From an uncultured delta proteobacterium (lineage in GTDB: Bacteria; Myxococcota_A; Polyangia; Polyangiales; Polyangiaceae): a stretch of DNA of 64,000 nucleotides. Below are positions 30,250 to 39,934 of the stretch, one piece after another. The notes below the pieces were generated by a model. The model ran no database searches. It was not told where the DNA came from and worked only from the letters and a program-made list of their open reading frames with translations. Numbering within the stretch: the stretch's first letter is position 1; the number at the start of each line of letters is the position of its first letter. A program made the translations under genes and the position numbers. The stretch is taken from positions 160,001 to 224,000 of the forward strand of contig CAWJCS010000006.1 of NCBI GenBank assembly GCA_963841435.1. The letters run 5' to 3'.

Positions 30250-30301
30250 GGGCCCGAGGGTTCCATCGGGTTCGCGCGGAGGGAAGGGGTGCGGGTCGGG
30301 T

Positions 30302-32632
30302 CTAGAAATGAGCCTTTGCCTGACAGCTCTGGCCCGTCCACCAAGTTTGCACGTAGTCGGGGGCAAAACCGAAGGTGGCGTTCGCGGTGATCGCAAAGGT
30401 GTTCGCTGCCCGCTGGCAGGTGTCGGTCGGGAGCTTCGGCGTGGTACTGCACGAAGCGCCCGTCCACCAGCTTTGGACGTAGCTTGGCGCGTAGCCCCAG
30501 CTGAAGTTCGAGATGGTGCCGAAGAGGTCGCTGACCGCTTGGCAGTCGGGTGTGACGTTGCACCCTTTCTGCGTCCACCAAGTTTGAACGTTTGCCGGCG
30601 CGCCGCCGAACGTGGAGCCGGCCACGATGGCGTACAGATTGGAGGCGTTGCGGCAGAGCTGTGCGGTGGTGGAAGCGGTGCTCGCGCTGCAGCTGTTCTG
30701 CGTCCACCAAGTCTGTACCTCGGGTGGCGCGAAACCAAACGTCACGTTTGCGACGATGCCGTAAAGATCCGCAGCCTTCTGACAGGCGTTGGTTTCAGCC
30801 GAGTTGCAGCCGCCGCACGATGAGGTGGAGGCCCAGTAACATGGGCGCTGGAACGGATAGTACTTCCACCAGACACCGAGGGAGCCGTGGTCGTTGACCG
30901 GAGCCATCACGTCGATGCGGTTGCTAGGCGTGGTTTGGGCCACTGCCGCCGGCGTTCCGGAGGCTACCAATTGCCCGCCGAGCGGTAGGGGGCTGAGCCA
31001 ATTGCCCATCAAGGTCTTGAGGTAGAGCGTGCCGTTGTAACGGTAGAAGACGTTGAGCCGATTGGGCCCCCAGCTGCTCACGGCAGGGCTCGCGCCCGAG
31101 TCTGCCAATGAACCCAGCGAGTAGAAGGACCGCCAGCTACCGTCGTACCAGATACTCCACAAGACGTTGTTCGAACGTTTGACCACGACGTTGATTCGAC
31201 CGTTCCCCCACGAAACCGCCGCCGGCTTCCCCACGAACGTCTTGTCGCCCCGAACTGCCCAGCTCGACCAACTACCCGTGAAGCTCTTGTGGTAGAGAAG
31301 GCTGTCGCCGCTTCCTTTTACGAATACGTCCAGGCGATTCGGCCCCCAGCTGCTGACCGCGGGTGCAGAGCCGATTCCGACGCTCGGTTTGCCAATCGAG
31401 GTCCACGACGACCAACTCCCGGAGTAAGTGCGCTGGTAGATGGCTCCGTCCGACGACTTTCGGGCGAAGACATCGATGCGTCCCGCGCCCCACGAAACTG
31501 CGGCAGGGTCTGAATTGAAGCCGCCGCCGAGGTCGCTCCAGCTCGACCAGCCCTGGAAGACTCCGCCCGAGACGTTCTTGTATCTGCGGTAGATGTGACC
31601 GTCGCTCCCGCGGACGTAGACTTCGAGGGACGGATAACCGAGCGACACGACTGCCGGCGAGCCCAGCATGCTGACACCCGGCGCAAGATCGTAGTTGAGC
31701 ACCGAACACTGCCCCACGTCGTCGCCCAGCGTGTTAAACGGGGCCCAGTCCTCGGCGCTCCGATAGAGCTCAATCGCCGCGGCGCCGTCCGCGTCTGTCG
31801 CGGTATCGGCGGCGGACGGCTGGCAGTCGTTCACGGACTCGCAGATGTCGGGAGAAATGTAGTTCATCACCGAGGTCTCGTTGAACACACCGAGCAGGCC
31901 GGTGGGGATGCTCGGAAACTTGGGGTCGTACCCGAGCTCGCCAGGGCCAGGAGCCATGCACTTGGTCCAGACGGTGTCGGTCAAGTCCTGAGAGCCACAC
32001 CAAAAATTCGAAAACTTGAGGTACCGATCGCGGTCGGGGCGGTTCCACAGGTGCGGGAGGCCGATCGCGTGACCGAGTTCGTGGGAGTCGTAATAGGCGG
32101 CGTTCCCAGGCGCAAGCGTCATGTCTTGCTGGCCCGTTCTCGCAATATTGCTGATCCCGCCGTTGCCGCCCGGGTGAATGGCTAGCCACCGACCATAGCT
32201 GCTGCAGGTGTCGGTCGGGATGTCGCAGCGAAAGAGCGGAGGAGCCCCTCCGAGAGTTCTGGCGTTCCAGACCCCGATCCAGTTGGAGATGTTGCTGAGA
32301 TCGCCGCCGGAGAACGTGAGTCCGTTTTCGCTCGTGATGATCTTGTAGGGGATGCCGGTCGCCGGCCAGAGCACACCACCGCAACGAACCTGCGAGCACG
32401 TCGGTTGACAGGGAAGGGGAGCGCTGCATGACGCGCTCGACGTCGCCGCATTGTAGGACGGCGTAGTGCAGGCGTTGCCACAGGTGAACGCCTCGCTCTC
32501 CGTGGCGACCTGCTCATTCCTCTCACCTACTGCCGCCGGGCCTTCGCACGAGACGAGCGTCGTCCCCGCAATCGTGAGCATTAGACAGGACCCGATACCC
32601 GCCGCCCGAATCATTCCCACCTTCCCAATCAT
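30302..32632 (-). CDS. Secreted astacin-like zinc metalloprotease with lectin-type propeller repeats and four C-terminal Cys/Trp repeats
   Basis: HELGHAIGLPH..RPDRD, Met-turn SVMNY; repeated PA(A)VSWGxxRxDVF; 4x C..(T/S)(F/W)GxAPxxVQ(T/S)WWT..C. Confidence 0.8.
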   Translation of the reverse strand: MIGKVGMIRAAGIGSCLMLTIAGTTLVSCEGPAAVGERNEQVATESEAFTCGNACTTPSYNAATSSASCSAPLPCQPTCSQVRCGGVLWPATGIPYKIITSENGLTFSGGDLSNISNWIGVWNARTLGGAPPLFRCDIPTDTCSSYGRWLAIHPGGNGGISNIARTGQQDMTLAPGNAAYYDSHELGHAIGLPHLWNRPDRDRYLKFSNFWCGSQDLTDTVWTKCMAPGPGELGYDPKFPSIPTGLLGVFNETSVMNYISPDICESVNDCQPSAADTATDADGAAAIELYRSAEDWAPFNTLGDDVGQCSVLNYDLAPGVSMLGSPAVVSLGYPSLEVYVRGSDGHIYRRYKNVSGGVFQGWSSWSDLGGGFNSDPAAVSWGAGRIDVFARKSSDGAIYQRTYSGSWSSWTSIGKPSVGIGSAPAVSSWGPNRLDVFVKGSGDSLLYHKSFTGSWSSWAVRGDKTFVGKPAAVSWGNGRINVVVKRSNNVLWSIWYDGSWRSFYSLGSLADSGASPAVSSWGPNRLNVFYRYNGTLYLKTLMGNWLSPLPLGGQLVASGTPAAVAQTTPSNRIDVMAPVNDHGSLGVWWKYYPFQRPCYWASTSSCGGCNSAETNACQKAADLYGIVANVTFGFAPPEVQTWWTQNSCSASTASTTAQLCRNASNLYAIVAGSTFGGAPANVQTWWTQKGCNVTPDCQAVSDLFGTISNFSWGYAPSYVQSWWTGASCSTTPKLPTDTCQRAANTFAITANATFGFAPDYVQTWWTGQSCQAKAHF

Positions 32633-32748
32633 GGTCTCCTCCTCTCGCGCCCCCGTGGCGCGGCAGAAGTATCATGCAGCGTCTCCCACCAGTCAAGGCC
32701 GTTGCGCCGGCACCACGCCGCCCGTCTCGTAACGTTTTTTGCCCGTTG

Positions 32749-33190
32749 CTACTTCGGCCAGGCCGCGACCTGGGCCGCGGTGTACGGATAGCGCGTGCCC
32801 TCGAGCACCTCGGGCACCAGGTGTTTCGGCGTGGCTTCGTGCACCCAGTCCCACACGATCTTGGTGTTGTCGTCGCGGTTGTTGAACAGGACGATCGTGC
32901 CGTCGGGGAAGAAGTCCGGGTCGTGCTGCCGCAGGGCGCCCGTGAACATCCATTTGATGGCGAGCGAGTCGTGATCCATCACGAAAACAGCGTTGATCTC
33001 GCGGAGCGAGACCAAGAGGTCGCCGGCGCGAAACATCGGAAACTCGCGCGCGAGCTCGGGCAAGAGCGGCTCCACGTCGTTCGAGTGCAGCAGGTCGTCG
33101 GTGACGTTGCTGCCCGCGTGCCAGATGAGCTCCCAGTAGCCGCTGTCGATCAGTGCCTTGGTGAGGATCACGTCGCGCAGCGACCAGGAA
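32749..33190 (-). pseudogene. Arylsulfotransferase (ASST)-family fragment
   Basis: DLLHSNDVEPL, GDLLVSLREIN, RQHDPDF..DGTIVLFNN; N-terminus absent. Confidence 0.7.
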
Positions 33191-33791
33191 AAGCAAGGGT
33201 GTTGTCGGTAGTGCAGGGAGGAGCGGACGGAGGGCGGCGAGGGTTCAGTGCGGCACAATTTGCAGCTATGCTGGAATTGGCGATGTGGTGAACGATCTCT
33301 TCCAGCGGGGCGCCGTTTGCGATCGCCGCCTGAATCGCTGAACGCACGTTTGCTTCATTCCGTTGAAGAAATTCGGCGCGCATCCTCGACTGCGCCTCGC
33401 GCTTTTCGTCCACATCAGTCATGTGACGTTCTTCCTATCGATCTCGCTCCTCTCATCCAACGCGATCAGGAAGCGCCCGCGGAGGCCTTCAGACGCGCCT
33501 GGTCTTCATCGCCGATGACAGCGCAAACCTCCGGACCCTGTTCCTCGAAGAGGGCGCGTTGACCGCGGGTCGCTGAGCAACATCGCTAGCCGAGCGCCGG
33601 CGCAAAAAGCCGGAGCAATCGCGCTCGCCGCCGTCAACCTGGGCACTGGGTCGCCGCGCTGAGCAGTTGCTGGTGATCCTGCGAGCGGGGCAACGCTGAA
33701 CTCGCTGGAGGCGTCGTCGGGTTGTGCGAGCACAGGTCCGCTGATGAGAGCGAGTCTGAGCGATCGCTTTGCGCGAGTGTGAAGTTGATGG

Positions 33792-33821
33792 TTGACGAGC
33801 AATCCACGCCGGGCGTAAGAG
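33792..33821 (+). promoter_or_regulatory. Putative sigma70-like promoter of module B
   Basis: TTGACG-N18-TAAGAG, matching module A. Confidence 0.5.
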
Positions 33822-33885
33822 TCTGGCCCTAGTTTGCCAGTGAAGCGGGGCGAGGGCGCTCGCGAACGAAGTGAGGAGGTTGCCA

Positions 33886-36000
33886 TGCGGAGGTGGATGA
33901 CGGGATTCGTTGGTGCTAAAAATGCTATTGTGATCGCTCTCTTGTTCCCAGCCGCGTGCGCGGGCCGGGGCGACGAGGTGGGGGGGGGGGTGAGACAACC
34001 TCCTACACGCAAGAGGCCCTGGTGGTTCCGTTCACCCTTCCGAGGAGTCGGTGACGGAGAAGGGCGAGATCGACACCAACACTCCGGGCCCCGCTGAAAT
34101 TGCTGCCGCCGTGCTCACACCGGCTCTTGCCTCGTGCCCAACCGCGGATCCTCACGTCTTCGTGAGCTACTCTTCGAGCTCGGTGCTTCGTGCGTCCCTT
34201 TCCTCCATGGGATACTCGGGAGGCCCCCTGGCGCTTCTCCCCGAGGGCTCCCTGCCGATCACCGCGAGCTGTATCGGCAGTCTTCTTCCCGGTTACCCGC
34301 CGTCGCCGTACGGCCCCCTCTACGGCTATCCGATCCAACCGGGTGGCATCCCGTACTTGCAGCACAGCTCGGGCACCGACAACGTCATGGCGCGGTTGCC
34401 GACGGGGAACTTGCTGGAAGTGGGGGGAATCGAGCGCGCCTGCCGGGACCCGATCTCCGAAACCCTGTCCGGATGCCCCACCACCGCCCCCGCTGAGGGC
34501 TCCGCCTGCAGCACCGGCACGAACCCGCCGCGCTGCTCGTACAAGCCCATCACCCCGCCGGGTGATGGCACGGATCGAGTCTGCGGTTGTTACTTCAACC
34601 CGGCAGCGGACATCCCCGCGGTCCGTAGCGGCATGGGGCCGGACGTGACCATCACGGGCACGGCCGTGTCTGCGGCGCTCGGGCTCATCACCGTCACGAA
34701 CAGCGGCGCCCTCGGCACGGCGCTGATGAGCTGGTCGTACGGCGCCCAGTCCGGGACGTCCGTGCCAATCGCGACCACCGTCACGCTCGGCACGACGGGC
34801 CAGACCGCCAATTTCCCGGCGGGAAACTACGTTGCCGGGACGACGTACAGCTGGACGCACGACACCTGGCACTGCTTGCCGAGGCGGCTCGAGGCAGCCG
34901 GCCTCGGGGTCCGACTCTCGAACGACTGCGGTGGCAACTGGGACGCCCGAACGGTCTTCCCGTACGAGCTGGGTGTCACGGGCGGGCGCGCCGTCAACCG
35001 CTTCGAGCTCTACGTGGACCCCTACGAAGACCGATTCTTCATCAGCAGCTACGCGGGCGCGGGCGCGACCGCCAACCGCGTCATCATCGTCAAGGGCTCG
35101 CCGAAGACCGCGACGAATCTGGGCGCAATGAGCTTCAGCGTGTACCGCGACGAGGAGCGGAGCGGCCTGCCCGCGGTCGTGACCACAGTGCTCGATGAGA
35201 AGGCGCGTTTGCCGGGCGGCACGTTCGGCAGGTGGGTGCACGTGGTGACGGCGAGGTGCACTGACCCTCCTGACAAAGCCCCGCTGGTCGATATCCAGAC
35301 CCCGTTCGGTCTGCGCGTGGTAGACTTGAGTCTCGGCCGCTCGGCAGATTTTATTTGCGACAACGCCAAGTCGCTGCCAATCCAAAACGGCTTCACTTAT
35401 AACCGCTCGCCCAACATCACCGCCGTCGGCATCCCATCGGTCCCCCCGCGCGTTCGCGTCGTGTACCACGGCATTCGTTCGGATGGCGCCCAGGTGGTGC
35501 ACAGCTTCCTCGTCACCCTGTCGAGCCGCAACGGCTACGATGCCGCGGCCATGCAGGCTCAGCTCGTGCATGAATTCACACTCGAGGATACCGCCGGCAG
35601 CCGGGACATGGCGTTGCCAGCGTTGATGGGCGTGGATGGGCTCGCCGGCTCCGATGCCCTCACCGACACGCCGATGGTCCTCCGCTACGCGCGCGCCGAC
35701 CCGAACACGGTCAACGCCCGAGCAACGGTCATCTACTCCGGCCTTCGCCGTTCGACGGATCTCGACCTCGGATCGTCCAACTTCAGCCAGATGTTTGTAG
35801 GCGCCTGCCCGGGGATGCTCACCCAGAGCAACGGCTGGACCAATCCGTGTGCCTTCGGCGACTATGAGTACGGCGCGTTCTTCGACAAGAGCGCCTCGGG
35901 CGAGCTCAGGTTCTTCACGCCGTACGGGGGGCAGTCGCTCGCCATGCCGCCCGCGCCGGGGATCTTCGCGATTGGGACGGTCGTCGATGTCGCGCCGTAG
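33886..36000 (+). pseudogene. Paralog of the module A large protein (module B); G11 frameshift and loss of ~265-codon N-domain
   Basis: MRRWMTGFVGAK..ACAGRGDEVGGG matches A; body ORF 34051..36000 aligns (TDNxxARLP, SNDCGGNW, QTPFG, GDYEYG, LRFF). Confidence 0.75.
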
Positions 36001-36691
36001 CGTCGTCATCGCGCTCGTGCTCGCTGCTGCGACGGGCGCGGGTTGCGGGCGGTCAACGTCAGGCGCGCAGCCTGCGGCCGCAGAGGGAGGAGAGACCGCT
36101 GCTGGCGGCAGGGGCGGCAGTGGAGCACCAGGCTCGGGCGGGTCCGAGGCTGGTGCAGACGACGGCCGAGGGAATCAGAGCGGGAGCGACTCGGGCGCTG
36201 GCAGCTCGCAAATGGGCGGAAGCGGTGGTGACGGAGTCGCCGGCGCTGGCGAGAGCTCTGGAGACGCTGGAGGCGGGGCAACGGCGAGCGGCGGCACTGC
36301 AGGCTCGGAGACGGGTGGAAGCGCCGGCTCGACGGGGGGCTCCGGCGCCGGCGGGGACGCCTGTCTGGGCCCGCCGGGCTGTTGGCTGCGGGGCAAGTCT
36401 TGTGGCTCAGGGGCCGTGGGCTTCGAGTGTCCTGGCTGGGAGCCTCCCGACGGCTGCTTCAACTGTCTTGATTCGTCCACGGAAGACTTCCAGTGCCCGC
36501 ATGGACCACCCTGCAACATCTGCTGCTGCGAGCCCTCGCGGGGGGGGTGTGAAGACGAGGTGCCGGGGGGATGCGTGGGCTATCCGTCCACTCCCAACGC
36601 CTATTTCTGCATCACGCCGTACGACGTGCCAGAACCCGGCTGCATATTCATCAGGACGACCGATGGTATCGACAAGGTCTGCTGCCCCTGA
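35987..36691 (+). CDS. Small Gly-rich/Cys-rich lipoprotein B1
   Basis: MSRRSVVIALVLAAATGAGC; Cys-rich C-terminus ending CCP; 14-nt overlap with upstream gene. Confidence 0.75.
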   Translation: MSRRSVVIALVLAAATGAGCGRSTSGAQPAAAEGGETAAGGRGGSGAPGSGGSEAGADDGRGNQSGSDSGAGSSQMGGSGGDGVAGAGESSGDAGGGATASGGTAGSETGGSAGSTGGSGAGGDACLGPPGCWLRGKSCGSGAVGFECPGWEPPDGCFNCLDSSTEDFQCPHGPPCNICCCEPSRGGCEDEVPGGCVGYPSTPNAYFCITPYDVPEPGCIFIRTTDGIDKVCCP

Positions 36692-36718
36692 CGCACGCCA
36701 TTTGCGCAGCTGCTTCGC

Positions 36719-37869
36719 GCCGCGGCCATGCAGGCGCAGCTCGTGCACGAGTTCACGCTCGAGGATACCGCCGGCAGCCGGCACATGGCGCTTCCAGCGC
36801 TGATGGGAGTCAACGGCCTCGCCGGCTCCGATGCCCTCACCGACACGCCGATGGTCCTCCGCTACGTGCGCGCCGACCCGACGACGGTCAACGCGCGGGC
36901 GACGGTCGTCTACTCGGGCCTTCGCCGTTCGACGGATCTCGACCTCGGATCGTCCAACTTCAGCCAGATGTTTGTAGGCGCCTGCCCGGGGATGCTCACC
37001 CAGAGCAACGGCTGGACCAATCCGTGTGCCTTCGGCGACTATGAGTACGGCGCGTTCTTCGACAAGAGCGCCTCGGGCGAGCTCAGGTTCTTCACGCCGT
37101 ACGGGGGGCAGTCGCTTGCCATGCCGCCCGCGTCCGGGATCTTCGCGATTGGGACGGTCGTCGATGTGGCGCCTTAGCGTCGTCATCGCGCTCGTGCTCG
37201 CTGCTGCGACGGGCGCGGGTTGCGGGCGGTCGAACGTCAGGCGCGCAGCCTGCGGCCGCAGAAGGAGGGGAGACCGCTGCTGGCGGCAAGGGCGGCAGTG
37301 GAGCACCAGGCTCGGGCGGTTCCGAGGCTGGTGCAGACGGCGGCCGAGGGAATCAGAGCGGGAGCGACTCGGGCGCTGGCAGCTCGCAAATGGGCGGAAG
37401 CGGTGGTGACGGAGTTGCCGGCGCTGGCGAGAGCTCTGGAGCCGTTGGAGGCGGGGTAACCGCAGGCGGCGGCACTGCAGGCTCGGAGACGGGTGGACGC
37501 GCCGGCTCGACGGGGGGCTCCGGCGCCGGCGGGGACGCCAGTCTGGGCCCGCCGGGCTGTTGGCTGCGGGGCAAGTCTTGTGGCTCAGGGGCCGTGGGCT
37601 TCGAGTGTCCTGGCTGGGAGCCTCCCGACGGCTGCTTCTACTGTCTTGATTCGTCCACGGAAGACTTCCAGTGCCCTCATGGGCCACCCTGCAACATCTG
37701 CTGCTGCGAGCCCTCGCGGGGGGGGTGTGAAGACGTGGTGCCGGGCGGCTGCGTCGGATACCCCTCCACGCCGGACAGCTACAGGTGCGTCGCGCCCTAT
37801 GAGCCCCCTGTGCCGGGCTGCGTGGTCCTCGGTACCACCGACGGAATCGACGCATTGTGTTGTCCCTAG
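36719..37869 (+). repeat. Tandem duplicate of 35542-36691 (3' end of large gene plus lipoprotein; lipoprotein 37164-37869 has +1 frameshift near 37233)
   Basis: Near-identical DNA to about 37735, then a diverged C-terminal Cys domain. Confidence 0.9.
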
Positions 37870-38945
37870 TATGCCGCGTGTGAGATCCGAGCAAGCATGC
37901 GGCGATGGTCTCGGATGAGGCGACGGGGCTTCTTGGTCCAGATGAAGGGTGTCGGGCTCCTGTTCCAGCGATCGAGAAACGCCTGGATGTGCTTGCGCAG
38001 CGCGGTTTTGGTCTGGAAGTCGCCGTGACGGAGGGATTGCCTGGTCAGGATGCTGAAAAGCGCTTCGACCTGGTTCAGCCAGGAGGCGCTCGTGGGCGTG
38101 TAGTGGAATCGGATGTTGGGGTGACGCTGGAGCCAGCGCTGCACGGCCGGAGTGGCATGGGCCGACGAGTTGTCGAGGATCACGTGCAGCTCTTGGCCGC
38201 GGTACTGCCGGGCCAGGAGGCGGAGAAATCCCAGAAATTCCTTGGAGGTGTGGCGGTCGGTGCACTGGTGGCTGACCTCGCCCGTCGCGACATTCAACGC
38301 CGCGTAGAGGTCGAGCACGCCGTGCCGCTCGTAGTCGTGCATGAAGCGTTTCACCTTGCCGGGCCGAAGCGGGAGCATGAGTTGCGTGCGCTCGAGGGCC
38401 TGGATCTGGGTCTTTTCGTCCACGCTGAGCACGACCGCGTTCTGCGGAGGGTTGAGGTAGAGGCCGACAACGTCGCGCACCTTGGCCGAGAAGTTCGGGT
38501 CTCTGCTGACCTTGAAGGTTCGAGCCAGGTGAGGCTTCAGGTCGTTTGCGCGAAGCACCTTGGCCACGGTCGCGCTCGTCAATTTCACCCGTGCTCCGAG
38601 CAGCCGCGTCAACCAGCGCCCGTAACCCGCCGGTGGCGGCGACATCACCAGCGAAATGATGCGCTCCACCTGCGCTGGCGTGACGGCGTGGTCCTTGCGC
38701 CCCGCCTTGGGCCGATCGGCGAGGCCGGTAACTCTGCCGCGCTCGAAGCGCTTTCGGATCTGCGACACCCGCGGTGGTGTCAGCGCAAGGCGGCGGCTGA
38801 TTTCCCGGCCTGGAACACCCTGCGCTGCCAACAGCACGACCCGCGCTCTGCGGACGTGCCCGGCCCGCGCCGTCCGCCTTCGCACCAACTCTTCCAACTC
38901 CCGCTGCTCGCTGGGTGTGACCTTCAACGGCTTCGTCGTGTTCAT
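37866..38945 (-). CDS. IS630-family transposase (appears intact)
   Basis: HTH N-terminus; SVDEKTQIQALER, ILDNSSAH, TPTSASWLNQVEA DDE motifs. Confidence 0.95.
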   Translation of the reverse strand: MNTTKPLKVTPSEQRELEELVRRRTARAGHVRRARVVLLAAQGVPGREISRRLALTPPRVSQIRKRFERGRVTGLADRPKAGRKDHAVTPAQVERIISLVMSPPPAGYGRWLTRLLGARVKLTSATVAKVLRANDLKPHLARTFKVSRDPNFSAKVRDVVGLYLNPPQNAVVLSVDEKTQIQALERTQLMLPLRPGKVKRFMHDYERHGVLDLYAALNVATGEVSHQCTDRHTSKEFLGFLRLLARQYRGQELHVILDNSSAHATPAVQRWLQRHPNIRFHYTPTSASWLNQVEALFSILTRQSLRHGDFQTKTALRKHIQAFLDRWNRSPTPFIWTKKPRRLIRDHRRMLARISHAAY

Positions 38946-39004
38946 GCAGCGGCGAACGCATCATGCCACCCAAAAATTCCCCCTAACTCACATGCGGAGC
39001 ACTA
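37867..39004 (-). mobile_element. IS630 element with imperfect terminal inverted repeats and TA duplication
   Basis: TAGTATGCCGCGTGTGAG at left versus reverse complement TAGTGCTCCGCATGTGAG at right; CTAG at both ends. Confidence 0.85.
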
Positions 39005-39133
39005 GTGCAAGCAGCGAGCACGGGGCAACGGCTGGAGGCGGCGAGCCGGACGAGGTCACCGAGCGGTCTGCTCGCTCACTCGGCGCGGCCGTCGAGGCCA
39101 AAACGGCGGACGACCCCGAGGCGGTCGAGAGCA

Positions 39134-39345
39134 CATGCACTCGCGACGCACGCTCCCGATGAAGCGTTCACAGATCGCATTCATGTTCGGCGCGCGCACT
39201 GCGGTCCTGACGGTTTCAGCGACGCGCTCGAACTCGCGCCGAACTTGTCGTCGCGGTCGAGGGCGATGAAGCGCGGCCCCTACTCGAGCGGCGTGGCAGT
39301 CCTGAGTTGCTGCGCCGTCCAGTGTTGGGTGGGTGCACGCGTCAC
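39134..39345 (-). pseudogene. Integrase-core (rve) transposase remnant
   Basis: VTRAPTQHWTAQQLR..RFIALDRDDKFG and RAPNMNAICERFIGSVRREC, with a stop and a frameshift. Confidence 0.75.
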
Positions 39346-39637
39346 CGCAAGACGGGCCAATTCGCGGGACCAGGTCATAAGGGGCGCCCGGAGCTCGACG
39401 TAGCCCTATGTCACGAACGCTCGAATCGAGGCAGTCGTTGGGGCAGAGATCCCGGGCGCGTCGAGCATCGTGATCTTTGCAAAGCTCCAGCCATTCGCCC
39501 TGCGAGGTCGTCGGCGGATGACGCCGTCCTGCTGGCGCTTGCTGTGCAGAACGGCATTGAGATTGTCGTCATGACCGGAGGGTCCTGAGGGATGGCCTTC
39601 CCAGTCACGAGCGACCACCGAGCCACGTTCGCAGCAG

Positions 39638-39934
39638 GTGCTCAACGCCCGAAGGCATCGGAGCGGGATCGAGGCGGCCGGAGCCGGAGCAGTACTCACA
39701 GGGCTTGACCGTGCTCAACGCCCGAAGGCATCGGAGCGGGATCGAGGATTTCGCGAATCGCAAGTCGGCCGCGTGCAAGCGGTGCTCAACGCCCGAAGGC
39801 ATCGGAGCGGGATCGAGGGGCCGAGCCGGTCGGGCGGGGCGGGCGAGGCGTCTCGTGCTCAACGCCCGAAGGCATCGGAGCGGGATCGAGTACAGAGCCT
39901 GCGGCTCCCACGTAAACGAGGGCGGTGCTCAACG
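39638..39934. CRISPR. Orphan CRISPR array: 4 full 36-bp repeats, 1 truncated repeat, 4 spacers
   Basis: GTGCTCAACGCCCGAAGGCATCGGAGCGGGATCGAG at 39638, 39711, 39782, 39855; 10-bp partial at 39925; unique spacers of 37, 35, 37, 34 bp. Confidence 0.93.

Noticed and set aside
33428-33442. TTCCTATCGAT, reminiscent of the classical IS91 end
   Set aside because: Short match with no transposase or other element features nearby; could be chance
33433-33560. Weak HipA-like C-terminal pattern (DLAPLIQR..EAFRR..VF..DD)
   Set aside because: Too degenerate and frameshifted to support
37735-37869. Possible DGR template/variable repeat pair with about 36555-36691
   Set aside because: Differences are not adenine-specific, many are synonymous, and no reverse transcriptase is in the window
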